A stretch of DNA of 32,000 bases, taken from Synechococcus sp. A15-24 (lineage in GTDB: Bacteria > Cyanobacteriota > Cyanobacteriia > PCC-6307 > Cyanobiaceae). The notes beneath the pieces are model-generated. The model saw only the letters and a program-made list of their open reading frames with translations. It was not told where the DNA came from and searched no databases. Of this stretch, positions 1 through 9,497 are shown in pieces. The position numbers and the translations under genes were made by a program. Position 1 is the first letter of the stretch, and every line of letters starts with the position of its first letter. The stretch lies in contig NZ_CP047960.1 in assembly GCF_014280195.1 (NCBI RefSeq), positions 1,080,001 through 1,112,000 on the forward strand, written 5' to 3'.

Positions 1-24
1 GCAAACCCTTGGACCGACATCGGG

Positions 25-363
25 ATGAGCTCCCTGCAGCAGACGCGGCTCTCCCGTGTGCAGAACCGCTTCGGACGCAGCCTGGAGGAGGGTTTTGCCG
101 GTCCGTGGTGGCGCCGCAGTCTGCTGATCATCAGCTTGCTGGGGGGCTTTCTGCTCGGCAGCAGCTTGACGGAGCATCTGGCGAATGCCGTTGGTTTCCG
201 CACGATTTCGGCGCTTACAACGTTGATCGCCTGTGAACTGCTGGTGCTGCTGCGGCGACGGGTCGTGACGTCACCGATGGCGTTCCAGTGGCGTCTGTTG
301 GACCACCTGCGCATCGGGTTTGTCTACGCCGTTGTTCTGGAGGCGTTCAAGGTTGGATCCTGA
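25..363 (+). CDS. Ycf20-like small membrane protein (DUF565-type)
   Basis: 112-aa ORF with two hydrophobic helices (LLIISLLGGFLLGSSL and ISALTTLIACELLVLL). The overall layout resembles cyanobacterial/plastid Ycf20. Family call is from memory. Confidence 0.5.
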   Translation: MSSLQQTRLSRVQNRFGRSLEEGFAGPWWRRSLLIISLLGGFLLGSSLTEHLANAVGFRTISALTTLIACELLVLLRRRVVTSPMAFQWRLLDHLRIGFVYAVVLEAFKVGS

Positions 364-1339
364 CGGGCAACGCGATCTTCCAGTCGTCGATCAGCAGCGT
401 CTGCTGCACCACCTCGGTGTGGCCGACCCCATGGCCTGGGAGCAGCAGTGGCGAGGCAGCGGGCTGTTTGAGACCACGTTGGATCTCTGGCCAGCCAGTG
501 CCTCTCCCGACTGGCTCTGGTGCCTTGGATTGCCTCTTCTCACAGAAGCTGCGAGGGATCAAACCCAGCGACATCTGATCGGGTTGAGCGCCCTGCCTGG
601 ATGTGGCAAAACCACCCTTGGCCACTGGCTTGAACGGGCCGCCCAGCAGCTTGGTCTCCCCCTTCAGGTGGTCTCGATCGATGACTTCTACTTTGATGCG
701 GAGCGGCTGGAGCAGGCGATGCGTGGCAACCCCTGGGGTGTGCCCCGTGCTCTACCTGGCAGTCATGACCTCCCCCTGCTCTGCCAGACCTTGAGCCGCT
801 GGAAACGTGGCGAGCATGTGGACTTGCCGCAATTCGACAAATCCCTACGACAAGGTCGTGGGGATCGCTGCGGCTGGCGCAGCTGTTCGGCGCAGATTCT
901 GGTGCTGGAGGGTTGGTTTGTCGGTTGCCAACCGTTGTTGCCAGGCGAGTCGATTGAGCATGGCTGTGAGCATCTATCCCCGCCGATTCGTCCAGACGAA
1001 CTGGCCTCACGGGAAGCCGTGCAGGAGGTGCTCGGCAGCTATCGCCCGGTTTGGACTCAGCTGGACCATCTTTGGCAGATCAAGGCTCAGGACATTCGTT
1101 CCCCCCAGATCTGGAAGCAACAGCAGGAAGATCAGATGCTGCGGGAGCAAGGCGTTGCTCTCGACAATAAGACTCTCCTGGGCTTCATCCGCATGATCCT
1201 TACGGCAATTCCGCAGCAAAGTTTTGATCGGATTGACGCTGATGTGCGGGTGGACGTCGATCCGGAGCGTCGGCTTCGCCAACTCCGGATCCGTCGTCAA
1301 TCTCAGGACTCTTCGTCGTCGGCTTCACGCACGGGGTAG
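320..1339 (+). CDS. D-glycerate 3-kinase, plant/cyanobacterial GLYK type (P-loop kinase)
   Basis: Walker A motif [17 protein letters not shown], then [32 protein letters not shown] and [13 protein letters not shown], matching the GLYK motif order. The start is uncertain: ATG 320 overlaps the upstream gene by 44 nt, and ATG 431 is an alternative. Confidence 0.75.
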   Translation: MSTPLFWRRSRLDPDGQRDLPVVDQQRLLHHLGVADPMAWEQQWRGSGLFETTLDLWPASASPDWLWCLGLPLLTEAARDQTQRHLIGLSALPGCGKTTLGHWLERAAQQLGLPLQVVSIDDFYFDAERLEQAMRGNPWGVPRALPGSHDLPLLCQTLSRWKRGEHVDLPQFDKSLRQGRGDRCGWRSCSAQILVLEGWFVGCQPLLPGESIEHGCEHLSPPIRPDELASREAVQEVLGSYRPVWTQLDHLWQIKAQDIRSPQIWKQQQEDQMLREQGVALDNKTLLGFIRMILTAIPQQSFDRIDADVRVDVDPERRLRQLRIRRQSQDSSSSASRTG

Positions 1340-1479
1340 ACGAAGCCCTGGGCGCGTCCACTGAGAACAGATTTTCCGATGGACATCGCTCGCTGAGCAG
1401 CCACGGCAGCCTTTCCTTTCCATGTGGCACTGCGCTGGTTGCGCTTGGCCTTTGAGGTTTTCTTCTTCGGGACGGCCAT
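1303..1479 (-). CDS. rpmF: 50S ribosomal protein L32
   Basis: Hand translation of the minus strand from ATG at 1479 gives [58 protein letters not shown], then TGA. This is 58 aa, below the ORF-track cutoff. The [12 protein letters not shown]-terminus is the L32 signature. Confidence 0.9.
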   Translation of the reverse strand: MAVPKKKTSKAKRNQRSATWKGKAAVAAQRAMSIGKSVLSGRAQGFVYPVREADDEES

Positions 1480-1565
1480 TGCGCCTGGTCAACTCCAAAC
1501 GGGAATTGTCCGTTGTCAGGACGCCTTGCGTCAAATCGCTAAGGTCAAGGCAATTCAATGTTGTT

Positions 1566-3353
1566 GTGACTTCAGGATCGGAAGGGTCGGAGAAAACGTC
1601 GTCTCCTCAATCGTTACCGAGCTTGTTCGGAGAGAAACCGAAGTCCGTCAGTTATTCGAGCTTGCTGGAACAGATCCGCAACGGTGACGTCAGCACGCTT
1701 GAAATGGTTCCAGCACGCCGTGAAGTTCGGGTGACCTACCCCGATGGAACCAAATCCACCGTCAGCATTTTTGTTAACGATCAGCAGATTCTCAGGGCCG
1801 CCGAGGCTTCGGCCACACCTCTCACGGTGCGAGATATCCGTGGTGAACAGGCCATGGCCGGTCTGCTGGGGAACCTTGGACTCGTCCTGCTCCTGGTGGT
1901 GGGGCTGTCGTTCCTGTTGCGTCGATCCGCCCAGATGGCCAACCGTGCCCTTGGTTTCGGCCGCAGTCAGCCACGGCTGAAGCCCCAGGAGGATCTTCAG
2001 GTTCGCTTTGAGGACGTTGCCGGCATCAACGACGCCAAGGAGGAGCTGGAGGAGGTGGTCACCTTCCTCAAGCAGCCGGAGACGTTCACCGGTCTTGGCG
2101 CCAAGATTCCCCGTGGCGTGCTGCTCGTGGGTCCCCCCGGCACTGGAAAAACACTTCTAGCCCGTGCCATCGCTGGTGAAGCGGGGGTGCCGTTCTTTTC
2201 GATGGCAGCCTCGGAATTCGTTGAGTTGTTTGTCGGGGTCGGCGCCAGTCGGGTCCGTGATCTGTTCCGTCAGGCGAAGGAGAAGTCCCCCTGCATCGTG
2301 TTCATTGATGAGATTGACGCCGTCGGTCGTCAGCGCGGTGCCGGTATCGGTGGAGGGAATGACGAACGGGAGCAGACGCTGAACCAGCTGCTCACGGAAA
2401 TGGATGGTTTCGCTGACAACTCTGGAGTGATTCTTCTGGCAGCTACCAACCGATCTGATGTGTTGGATGCAGCCCTCACCCGTCCAGGTCGCTTTGATCG
2501 GCGCATCGACGTGTCGCTGCCGGATCGCCGCGGCCGTGAGGCGATTCTTGGTGTTCATGCGCGAACGCGACCGCTGGATCCCGAGATCGATCTGGCGGCA
2601 TGGGCTCGCCGGACACCGGGTTTCTCCGGTGCTGAACTGGCCAACCTGATCAACGAGGCGGCCATCCTCACGGCCCGTGAACAGCAACCCTTCATCAGCG
2701 ATCGCCAGCTGGAAGGGGCCTTGGAACGCATCACCATGGGCCTCATTGCCAAGCCCCTTCAGGACAGTGCCAAAAAACGACTGATCGCTTATCACGAGGT
2801 CGGTCATGCCCTGGTGGCAGCCCTGCTGCCGGCTGCCAACAAATTGGACAAGGTCACGATTCTTCCCAGGGGAGCGGCAGGTGGTTACACCCGTTTCATG
2901 CCGGATGAGGAGAAGCTGGACTCGGGCCTGATCACCCGAGCGTCCTGTCTGGCCGACCTCGTGGTTTCTCTCGGCGGCCGTGCCGCGGAGCTGGTGGTCT
3001 TTGGACCACTGGAGATCACCCAAGGAGCCAGCGGTGATCTGCAGATGGTGGCCCAGTTGGCCAGGGAGATGGTCACGCGGTTCGGGTTTTCGTCTCTAGG
3101 CCCTGTGGCCCTGGAAGGTCCCGGCACCGAGGTGTTCCTGGGGCGTGACTGGTTCAGTCAGCGCCCCGGTTATGCCGAAAGCACCGGTCAGGCCATTGAC
3201 ACCCGTGTGCGGGATCTTGCCAAGCAATCGTTGGCCCAGGCCGTGTCCCTGCTGGAATCACGACGCGAGGTGATGGATCTTCTCGTCGATGCCCTGATGG
3301 AGGAGGAGACGCTCCACCACGATCGTTTCATGGAGCTCGCCGGACTGGGATGA
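1566..3353 (+). CDS. ftsH: ATP-dependent zinc metalloprotease FtsH (AAA+ protease)
   Basis: Walker A GPPGTGKT, Walker [10 protein letters not shown], second region of homology [19 protein letters not shown] and zinc site HEVGHA. The start is uncertain. The ORF-track start 1422 overlaps rpmF on the opposite strand. The next in-frame candidates are GTG 1566 and ATG 1704. Confidence 0.9.
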   Translation: MTSGSEGSEKTSSPQSLPSLFGEKPKSVSYSSLLEQIRNGDVSTLEMVPARREVRVTYPDGTKSTVSIFVNDQQILRAAEASATPLTVRDIRGEQAMAGLLGNLGLVLLLVVGLSFLLRRSAQMANRALGFGRSQPRLKPQEDLQVRFEDVAGINDAKEELEEVVTFLKQPETFTGLGAKIPRGVLLVGPPGTGKTLLARAIAGEAGVPFFSMAASEFVELFVGVGASRVRDLFRQAKEKSPCIVFIDEIDAVGRQRGAGIGGGNDEREQTLNQLLTEMDGFADNSGVILLAATNRSDVLDAALTRPGRFDRRIDVSLPDRRGREAILGVHARTRPLDPEIDLAAWARRTPGFSGAELANLINEAAILTAREQQPFISDRQLEGALERITMGLIAKPLQDSAKKRLIAYHEVGHALVAALLPAANKLDKVTILPRGAAGGYTRFMPDEEKLDSGLITRASCLADLVVSLGGRAAELVVFGPLEITQGASGDLQMVAQLAREMVTRFGFSSLGPVALEGPGTEVFLGRDWFSQRPGYAESTGQAIDTRVRDLAKQSLAQAVSLLESRREVMDLLVDALMEEETLHHDRFMELAGLG

Positions 3354-6070
3354 GGATCCTTCTGCTGCTGCTTCTGCTGGTGCTTCTGGCGGCCCGCATG
3401 CAGGTCGAATGGTCCTGGTTCCAGCAGTTTCAGCTGGAGGGTGTGCTTCTGGAACGCTGGCTGTTGCAGCTGGCCAGCGCTGTTGCAGCGTTACTCCCCA
3501 TCGGTCTTGCCATTCGATGGAGTCGCTCGCTTGATCCATCTCCGGAAACCGCTTCAACAGTGCAGCTGGAGGGTTGGCGCTATTCCCTGACGCTGTTGCT
3601 GGCGATCGCCCTGCAATTGGTGAGCCTTGTCGTGATCAATGGTCTGATCCTGCTGGCCATCGATGACGCGATGAACCTGGCTAGTGGCTGGCAGGTGTCC
3701 ATTCACCAGCCCCAGCTGCCAGTCCTGACGCTGATCAGTCTGGTGGCCATGCTGCAGCCCCGTCTCAGGCGTTGGCTTCCCTGGTTTGTCTCAATGGGAG
3801 TGGTGCTGATTGCGGCCAGAGCCTGGGGAGTCTGGGCCCTTGCCTGGTCAATCCCCCTGGCTGGATTGCAGGAGCCGTTCCTGAAGGCGGATGTCAGCTT
3901 TGCGTTGGGTCGCTTCGCAGCGCTTCAGCTGTTGATCGCACTACTGAGTTCCGGTGCTCTGTTTTGTCTGGGCCATGGCCTGCAGACCCTGTTGACCCGT
4001 CCGCCAGCTCTGAGTGATTGGAGTTGCTCGGTTCCCGGCCCCAGAAACCGCCGGTTGCTGCTGTTGATGGCAGCACTTGTTCTGGTGCTTCTGGCAGGCC
4101 AGTGCTGGTTGTCCAGACATGCTCTGCTCTGGCATCAGCACGGCATCGTGGCCGGGGCCGGTTGGCTTCAACAGGCGGTGACGGAACCGTTTCGGATGCT
4201 GCTCACCGTTGAACTTCTGCTGCTGGCACTGGCCGTGATGTTGCCTTCATCACTGCTCCTGCGCCAAAGGTTGCTGGTTGTTCTTGCTGTGACCCTTGCC
4301 CTGGAATTCAGCCTCACCCCCCTCAGCCGTTGGCTGATTCTTCGCCCGCAGGAGTTATCCCTTCAGACGCCTTATCTCGAGGAAGCGATTCGATCCACAC
4401 GCCATGCCTTTCAACTCGATCGGATCACGCGGGGCTCGTACAAACCCGAACCCTCACTCACAAAGGCTGACCTTGTGCAAGGTGCCAGCACCCTGAGCAA
4501 TCTCAGACTGTGGGACAGCGCTCCGCTGCTGGAAACCAACCGTCAGCTGCAGCAGCTGCGGGTGTACTACCGCTTCCCTCAGGCATCGGTCGATCGTTAT
4601 CCGCTCTCACCCCAAGGGGATACCCCGCAACAGGTGATCCTTTCAGCACGGGAGCTGGATCAATCGGCTCTTCCGCGTCGTTCCCAGACCTGGCTGAACC
4701 GCCACTTTGTGTTCACTCACGGCTATGGCTTCACGGTGAGCCCGGTGAACACCCGCGGTGACGATGGTTTGCCGGAGTATTTCATCAGTGACCTGGGAAC
4801 GGACACCAGGATTCAGGGCAATCGTGAGCTTGGGATTGAGCGCGAGGATGTGGAACGGGCCATTCCAGTGGAGGACGCGGCTCTCTACTTCGGCATGCTG
4901 CGATCGCCTTACGCCGTGGCACCCACCCGGGTCGATGAATTCGACTATCCCGAAGGGGACTTGAACGTTTACACCCATTACCGCGGCAGCGCTGGAGTTC
5001 CCATCGGTCATTGGCTTCAACGGGTGGCAGCGGCCACGTATCTCGGGGAACCACGGCTGCTGACAGCAGGATCCATCGACCATTCCTCCAAGCTTCTGAT
5101 TCGCCGTGAAGTTAGGGAGCGCGTCCATGCCATTGCACCGTTTCTCGATCTTCGGGGCGATCCGTACCTGATTTCGATCCCTCAAGCCGGCCAGCCAACG
5201 TCTGCTTCCAATCAGCATCAGTATTGGGTAGTGGAGGGTTTTACCCACTCCTCCACCTATCCCTACAGCTCGTCAGTGTCAAACAGCGATTCCGATCGCT
5301 ACTTGCGTAACTCTGTGAAGGCTGTGGTGGATGCTTACAACGGCAGCGTGCAGTTGTTTATTAGTGAGCCGGATGATCCATTGATCAGAGGCTGGGCTCA
5401 GGTGTTTCCACAGCTGTTCCAGCCTCTCGACGCAATACCGTCATCGACCCGCGATCACCTGCGGGTGCCGGAGGAATTATTTGATGTTCAGGTGAAACAA
5501 CTCCAGCGCTATCACGTTGAAGATCCGCGCGTTTTTTACAGCGGAGACGACGTCTGGCAAGTGCCACTTGAGGTCTATGACGGTGAGCAGATTTCAGTTC
5601 GGCCATATCACATCACAGCCCAGGTTCAGGATCGCAGCAATTCTGAGTTTTTGCTCTTGCAACCCCTCACGCCGCTTGCGAGACCCAATCTCACCGCATG
5701 GCTGGCGGCGCGTAACGACGGCAAGCACTACGGCGATCTTGTTCAGATTGATTTTCCCAAGGACTCGCCGATTCTTGGCCCCGAACAGGTTCAGGCGCTG
5801 ATCAATCAGGACCCTGAGATCAGCAAGGTGTTCGGACTTTGGGATCGTGGAGGATCTCAGGTGGTGCAAGGGAACCTGTTGGTGGTTCCCGTTGGCAAAT
5901 GCCTGTTGTATGTGGAACCCGTTTATCTGCGGGCGAGCAAAGGAGGGCTGCCGTCGCTCACCAGGATTGTGGTGAGTGATGGGCGAACGATTGCCATGGC
6001 CGACACGCTTCCAGGTGCCATTGATCGACTGATGCAAAAAACCCTGCCGCCCGTGGCGACAGGGTCCTGA
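3350..6070 (+). CDS. UPF0182-family large integral membrane protein (function unknown)
   Basis: 906 aa. The N-terminal third holds multiple hydrophobic helices, followed by a large soluble domain with NRHFVFTHGYGF and GNLLVVPVGKCLLYVEPVYL, motifs I recall as typical of UPF0182. Its ATG overlaps the ftsH TGA (ATGA at 3350-3353). Confidence 0.75.
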   Translation: MRILLLLLLLVLLAARMQVEWSWFQQFQLEGVLLERWLLQLASAVAALLPIGLAIRWSRSLDPSPETASTVQLEGWRYSLTLLLAIALQLVSLVVINGLILLAIDDAMNLASGWQVSIHQPQLPVLTLISLVAMLQPRLRRWLPWFVSMGVVLIAARAWGVWALAWSIPLAGLQEPFLKADVSFALGRFAALQLLIALLSSGALFCLGHGLQTLLTRPPALSDWSCSVPGPRNRRLLLLMAALVLVLLAGQCWLSRHALLWHQHGIVAGAGWLQQAVTEPFRMLLTVELLLLALAVMLPSSLLLRQRLLVVLAVTLALEFSLTPLSRWLILRPQELSLQTPYLEEAIRSTRHAFQLDRITRGSYKPEPSLTKADLVQGASTLSNLRLWDSAPLLETNRQLQQLRVYYRFPQASVDRYPLSPQGDTPQQVILSARELDQSALPRRSQTWLNRHFVFTHGYGFTVSPVNTRGDDGLPEYFISDLGTDTRIQGNRELGIEREDVERAIPVEDAALYFGMLRSPYAVAPTRVDEFDYPEGDLNVYTHYRGSAGVPIGHWLQRVAAATYLGEPRLLTAGSIDHSSKLLIRREVRERVHAIAPFLDLRGDPYLISIPQAGQPTSASNQHQYWVVEGFTHSSTYPYSSSVSNSDSDRYLRNSVKAVVDAYNGSVQLFISEPDDPLIRGWAQVFPQLFQPLDAIPSSTRDHLRVPEELFDVQVKQLQRYHVEDPRVFYSGDDVWQVPLEVYDGEQISVRPYHITAQVQDRSNSEFLLLQPLTPLARPNLTAWLAARNDGKHYGDLVQIDFPKDSPILGPEQVQALINQDPEISKVFGLWDRGGSQVVQGNLLVVPVGKCLLYVEPVYLRASKGGLPSLTRIVVSDGRTIAMADTLPGAIDRLMQKTLPPVATGS

Positions 6071-6077
6071 ATGAGCA

Positions 6078-6092
6078 ACGTTCGTTGAACGT
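6078..6092. terminator. Short perfect hairpin (ACGTTC-GTT-GAACGT) in the 30-nt gap between two convergent genes
   Basis: 6-bp stem and 3-nt loop read directly. There is no clear U-tract, so terminator function is speculative. Confidence 0.2.
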
Positions 6093-6100
6093 CCTCTGAA

Positions 6101-6700
6101 TCAACCGATGGCGGAGAAATACTCCTTTGAACCCTTGGGATCCTCCAGCATGGTGGCAGCACCGGGAGTCCAGTTGGCGGGGCACACCTCGTCAGGGTTG
6201 GACTGCACATACTGGAAGGCCTGCAGAAGACGCAGGGTCTCATCAACGTTGCGGCCCACGGGCAGGTTGTTGATGGTGGCGTGAACAATTACACCGTCAG
6301 GGTCGATCAGGTACAGGCCACGCAGTGCCTTGCCTTCGTCATCGAGGATGTTGAAAGCGGTGCCGATTTCCTTGTTGAGGTCAGCTACCAGGGGATAGTT
6401 GATGTCACCGATACCACCCTGGTTGCGGGGGGTCTGAATCCAGGCCAGGTGGCTGTACTTGCTGTCGACGGAAACGCCGAGGATTTCGCAGTTCTTGCTG
6501 GAGAAGTCGGCATAGCGGTCGCTGAAAGCCGTGATCTCAGTCGGGCAGACGAAGGTGAAATCCAGGGGATAGAAGAACAGCACCACGTACTTGCCGCGGT
6601 ACTGGGACAGGGAGATTTCCTTGAATTCCTGGTCCACCACAGCGGTGGCGGTGAAATCGGGGGCCTGATGGCCCACACGCAGACAACCGGTGTCGGTCAT
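6101..6700 (-). CDS. Typical 2-Cys peroxiredoxin (AhpC/TSA family, BAS1-like)
   Basis: Peroxidatic Cys motif FTFVCPTEI and resolving Cys motif EVCPANW. The 199-aa length and sequence are classical 2-Cys Prx. Confidence 0.95.
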   Translation of the reverse strand: MTDTGCLRVGHQAPDFTATAVVDQEFKEISLSQYRGKYVVLFFYPLDFTFVCPTEITAFSDRYADFSSKNCEILGVSVDSKYSHLAWIQTPRNQGGIGDINYPLVADLNKEIGTAFNILDDEGKALRGLYLIDPDGVIVHATINNLPVGRNVDETLRLLQAFQYVQSNPDEVCPANWTPGAATMLEDPKGSKEYFSAIG

Positions 6701-6820
6701 GTTCGGGGTGCGGTGAGGTGGAACTTGTCAGCCGAACGCCTTAAGCGAAGTCGATACGACTACAAGTTTCGTATGTCAATTTATCACGAGCGCACATCAA
6801 CGAAGCCATAAGATCCATGT

Positions 6821-7111
6821 ATGAATGATCGATCGATGAGCTGGGATCCTTACCTGCTGCGTAAATACAGCTCCACAGGACATTTTCGGCTGCTCAATCA
6901 ACTCAAGGGTGACCTCAGCAAGCGTCCCTTGGACCGCGATGCCTCATCGGGGGCTCTGCGAATGCCAGGGTCCGGCTCCAGAACCAGACGCCCCGCGGGG
7001 CAAGTCCCGCGCCGATCTGCGCAACCGGCGCCTGTCTCCGTGGTTGAACCCGTTAGCAACTCCGAGCCCAGCAGCTTCCGTGATCGACTCAGTGCCATCG
7101 ACTTGCGCTGA
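6821..7111 (+). CDS. Hypothetical protein with a structured N-terminus and an Arg/Pro/Ser-rich tail
   Basis: 96-aa ORF with an alternative start at ATG 6836 (MSWDPYLLRKYSSTGHFRLLNQLK). It fills an otherwise empty gap, and the N-terminal segment looks protein-like. No recognisable domain. Confidence 0.4.
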   Translation: MNDRSMSWDPYLLRKYSSTGHFRLLNQLKGDLSKRPLDRDASSGALRMPGSGSRTRRPAGQVPRRSAQPAPVSVVEPVSNSEPSSFRDRLSAIDLR

Positions 7112-7174
7112 ATCCAATCTCACGCGAGGCAGGAAGGCCGAGATGTATGATGACGACTGGCTTGAAGGCCATTC

Positions 7175-7248
7175 GTCAGAGTAGCTCAGCTGGTTAGAGC
7201 ACAGGATTCATAACCCTGAGGTCGGGAGTTCAAGTCTCCCCTCTGACA
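7175..7248 (+). tRNA. tRNA with CAU anticodon (elongator tRNA-Met, or tRNA-Ile2 read via lysidine); not initiator type
   Basis: Cloverleaf folded by hand: acceptor GTCAGAG/CTCTGAC, D arm GCTC-AGCTGGTTA-GAGC, anticodon arm CAGGA-TTCATAA-CCCTG and T arm GGGAG-TTCAAGT-CTCCC. Discriminator is A and CCA is not encoded. G1-C72 is paired and the GGG/CCC anticodon stem is absent, which argues against tRNA-fMet. Confidence 0.9.
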
Positions 7249-7255
7249 TTCAAAT

Positions 7256-7278
7256 TTCACTTGATCGAATCAAGTGAA
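7256..7278. terminator. Perfect 10-bp hairpin (TTCACTTGAT-CGA-ATCAAGTGAA) between the tRNA and the convergent peptidase gene
   Basis: Inverted repeat read directly. It lies 8 nt after the tRNA 3' end and 54 nt after the minus-strand gene end. It is A/T-flanked and could act in both directions. Confidence 0.45.
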
Positions 7279-7331
7279 CCGCCATTGTGTCTTATCCGAA
7301 TAGCTCTGATCTTGGTGGTCGCTAACCCTGC

Positions 7332-8372
7332 TCAGGCTTTTCGGGCTGGCAACTTGCTCAGCGGGTTTACAGCGGCACCACCGGAACGACGAATCTCGAA
7401 GTGAAGATGGGGACCGGTGCTACGTCCAGTGCTTCCCATCAACGAGATGCGTGTGCCCTGCGGAACAACCTGCCCCTTTGTGACCATCAGCCTGCTGTTG
7501 TGGGCGTAACGGGTCGACTCCCCATCTCCGTGAGCGATCTCCACGAGATAACCGTAAGCACCTCTCCAACCGGCGAAGGTGACTATGCCATCACGGGCTG
7601 AATGGACGGAGGTCCCAGTGCTGTTGGCGATGTCGATTCCCTTGTGCATTCGCCCCCAGCGCCAGCCATATCCCGACGTGAACACCCCTTTGGTCGGCCA
7701 GCTGTAGGTGGTTGAAGGTGAAACCTGTTGTGATGGTTTGGTGGTTGCCTGGGGTTTGGCAAGTTCTGGGCGTTTCGGCCAGCTGGCTCCGCCACTAACG
7801 GAGGGCCGAATTGCAAGCAGCTGTTGACCCGATGAGGCCTTGGCAACACGAACTGTGCTGCCGACGCTGAGTTCGGAAAGCGTTAGGCCTGGATTGAACC
7901 GTTTCAACTCCTCTTCATTGATCCCGTGGCGATCGAGGAAGGTGGCCAAGGAGTCACCCCGTTGCACGGACGCGATGGATTGGACCGGCGGAGGTGCAGT
8001 GATCGGTGGCTCATTGCGGAGAGAGTCAGCATCAACCCCAACCAGCATTGATGCGCGATTCTTGGCACCAGTAGGAATGGCGAACCAACTGCCGGAGCGG
8101 AACACATGGTTCTCCGGATGACCGTTGATCTCGGCGAGATCTGCCGAATCCAGGTCAAGGGAAGCCGCAAGACGGATCAAAGACGTGCGTTGACGCAATT
8201 GAAGCCAGTAAGAAGCCTCTACCGGGCTGTCGATGTTCTGGTCGATCAATGGGAGGGGCGGCAGCTCAGCCAAGGTGAAGGATCTGCTGTCAGCTTGTCC
8301 CGGCAGGGCTTGCCATCCGACCACGCTCAACAGCGAGGTGATGGATACAGCCAACACCAGAACCGAGCGCAT
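7332..8372 (-). CDS. Secreted M23-family metallopeptidase with LysM-like repeats
   Basis: N-terminal signal-like helix, LysM-like segments (for example VQRGDSLATFLDRHGINEEELKRFNP) and M23 motifs HKGIDIA and GSTGRSTGPHLHFEI. Confidence 0.85.
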   Translation of the reverse strand: MRSVLVLAVSITSLLSVVGWQALPGQADSRSFTLAELPPLPLIDQNIDSPVEASYWLQLRQRTSLIRLAASLDLDSADLAEINGHPENHVFRSGSWFAIPTGAKNRASMLVGVDADSLRNEPPITAPPPVQSIASVQRGDSLATFLDRHGINEEELKRFNPGLTLSELSVGSTVRVAKASSGQQLLAIRPSVSGGASWPKRPELAKPQATTKPSQQVSPSTTYSWPTKGVFTSGYGWRWGRMHKGIDIANSTGTSVHSARDGIVTFAGWRGAYGYLVEIAHGDGESTRYAHNSRLMVTKGQVVPQGTRISLMGSTGRSTGPHLHFEIRRSGGAAVNPLSKLPARKA

Positions 8373-8445
8373 TCCAACCCTCTAGTCGGGAGCACGTTAT
8401 CGAAGCGAACATGGCCCTGCAAGGGCTGCTGGAGCAGTCCCCTGA

Positions 8446-8946
8446 TCACCACATCTGAAGCTGGTGACCGGCTGTGTAAGCCACCAGGGCACAAGCCACT
8501 GACAAATTCAGGCTGCGAACCCCCCCTTGACCATCAGCGTCCACACCCCCGGGCATCGGGATGGTCAGGATGCGGTCACACTGATCACGCACATGTCCTG
8601 GGAGTCCGTTGTCTTCGCGGCCGAACAAGAGTAGATCACCTGGCTGAAATCGAAACTCGCCGAGGCTGTCACCTCCGTGGCGACTGCAGCCGATCAAGCG
8701 GTAAGGATGCGGCAGCTGATCCAGCAGATGGTCCAGGTTGGGGTGGTTTGAGATCTGCACGTGGGGCCAGTAATCAAGCCCCGCTCGCCGCACAGCGCGA
8801 TCGTCGATGCAGAACCCGAGCGGTTCAATCAATGCCAGCGGCAACCGAAAGGCCGCACAGGTGCGAGCGATGTTGCCTGTGTTGGGGGGGATCTGGGGTT
8901 CGTAGAGGACAACCCGCAGGCTTGAGTTCGGCTCAGGGATGGTCAT
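8446..8946 (-). CDS. trmL: SpoU-class tRNA (cytidine/uridine-2'-O-)-methyltransferase, TrmL-like
   Basis: 166 aa with LYEPQIPPNTGNIARTCAAF and a C-terminal SLNLSVA motif typical of TrmL. Its ATG overlaps the upstream stop (ATGA at 8943-8946). Confidence 0.8.
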   Translation of the reverse strand: MTIPEPNSSLRVVLYEPQIPPNTGNIARTCAAFRLPLALIEPLGFCIDDRAVRRAGLDYWPHVQISNHPNLDHLLDQLPHPYRLIGCSRHGGDSLGEFRFQPGDLLLFGREDNGLPGHVRDQCDRILTIPMPGGVDADGQGGVRSLNLSVACALVAYTAGHQLQMW

Positions 8947-9497
8947 GGCACTCTCTGGCTGAGGGCATGCAGATCGACGGCCCGTCCCTGCAACACGAGC
9001 CAGGCTGAATCCGCTTGTCGATCGAGGATCTGGGCCAGGGATCCCAGGCGATCTCTAAAGCGACCGCCGATCCTCGTTGGAGGAACTACTCCCCATCCGG
9101 TCTCCTCAATGACCACCACGCAGGTCTGCCCCATACCGGTCAGCTGCTCCACCAGCGCCTCACAACAGTCATTCCAGGCCAGGTCAGAATCGTCCAGATG
9201 GCAGGCGACGAATCCCCCCAGAGCATCAATCAGGACGGACGATTGCTGGGGAATCGTCCGCAAGGCGGTGGTTAGATCAGCGTCTGACTCCAGCAAACGC
9301 CAGTGACTGGGACGTCGCCGGCGATGTAAGTCCAGACGAATCTGCCAGTCCTGATCGTCTGGTCGATCGGGAGCAGTTGCCACATAGGTGACAACGGCAG
9401 AGCCAGACAGCAAATGCTCAGCCCAGCGACTTTTTCCTCCTCTGGAGGGACCACTGACCAGGATGAGGTTGGACGTGTTCTGATCAGCCGCCACCAT
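8943..9497 (-). CDS. cobU: Adenosylcobinamide kinase / adenosylcobinamide-phosphate guanylyltransferase (CobU/CobP)
   Basis: P-loop LVSGPSRGGKSRWAE at the N-terminus, 184 aa, and a VVIEETGWGVVP motif consistent with CobU. Confidence 0.8.
   Translation of the reverse strand: MVAADQNTSNLILVSGPSRGGKSRWAEHLLSGSAVVTYVATAPDRPDDQDWQIRLDLHRRRRPSHWRLLESDADLTTALRTIPQQSSVLIDALGGFVACHLDDSDLAWNDCCEALVEQLTGMGQTCVVVIEETGWGVVPPTRIGGRFRDRLGSLAQILDRQADSAWLVLQGRAVDLHALSQRVP

Noticed and set aside
1422-1565. 5' extension of the FtsH ORF (ORF-track start at 1422, [11 protein letters not shown]...)
   Set aside because: It overlaps the clearly real rpmF gene on the opposite strand (1303-1479). The encoded residues are Arg/Cys/Ser-rich and unlike any FtsH N-terminus.
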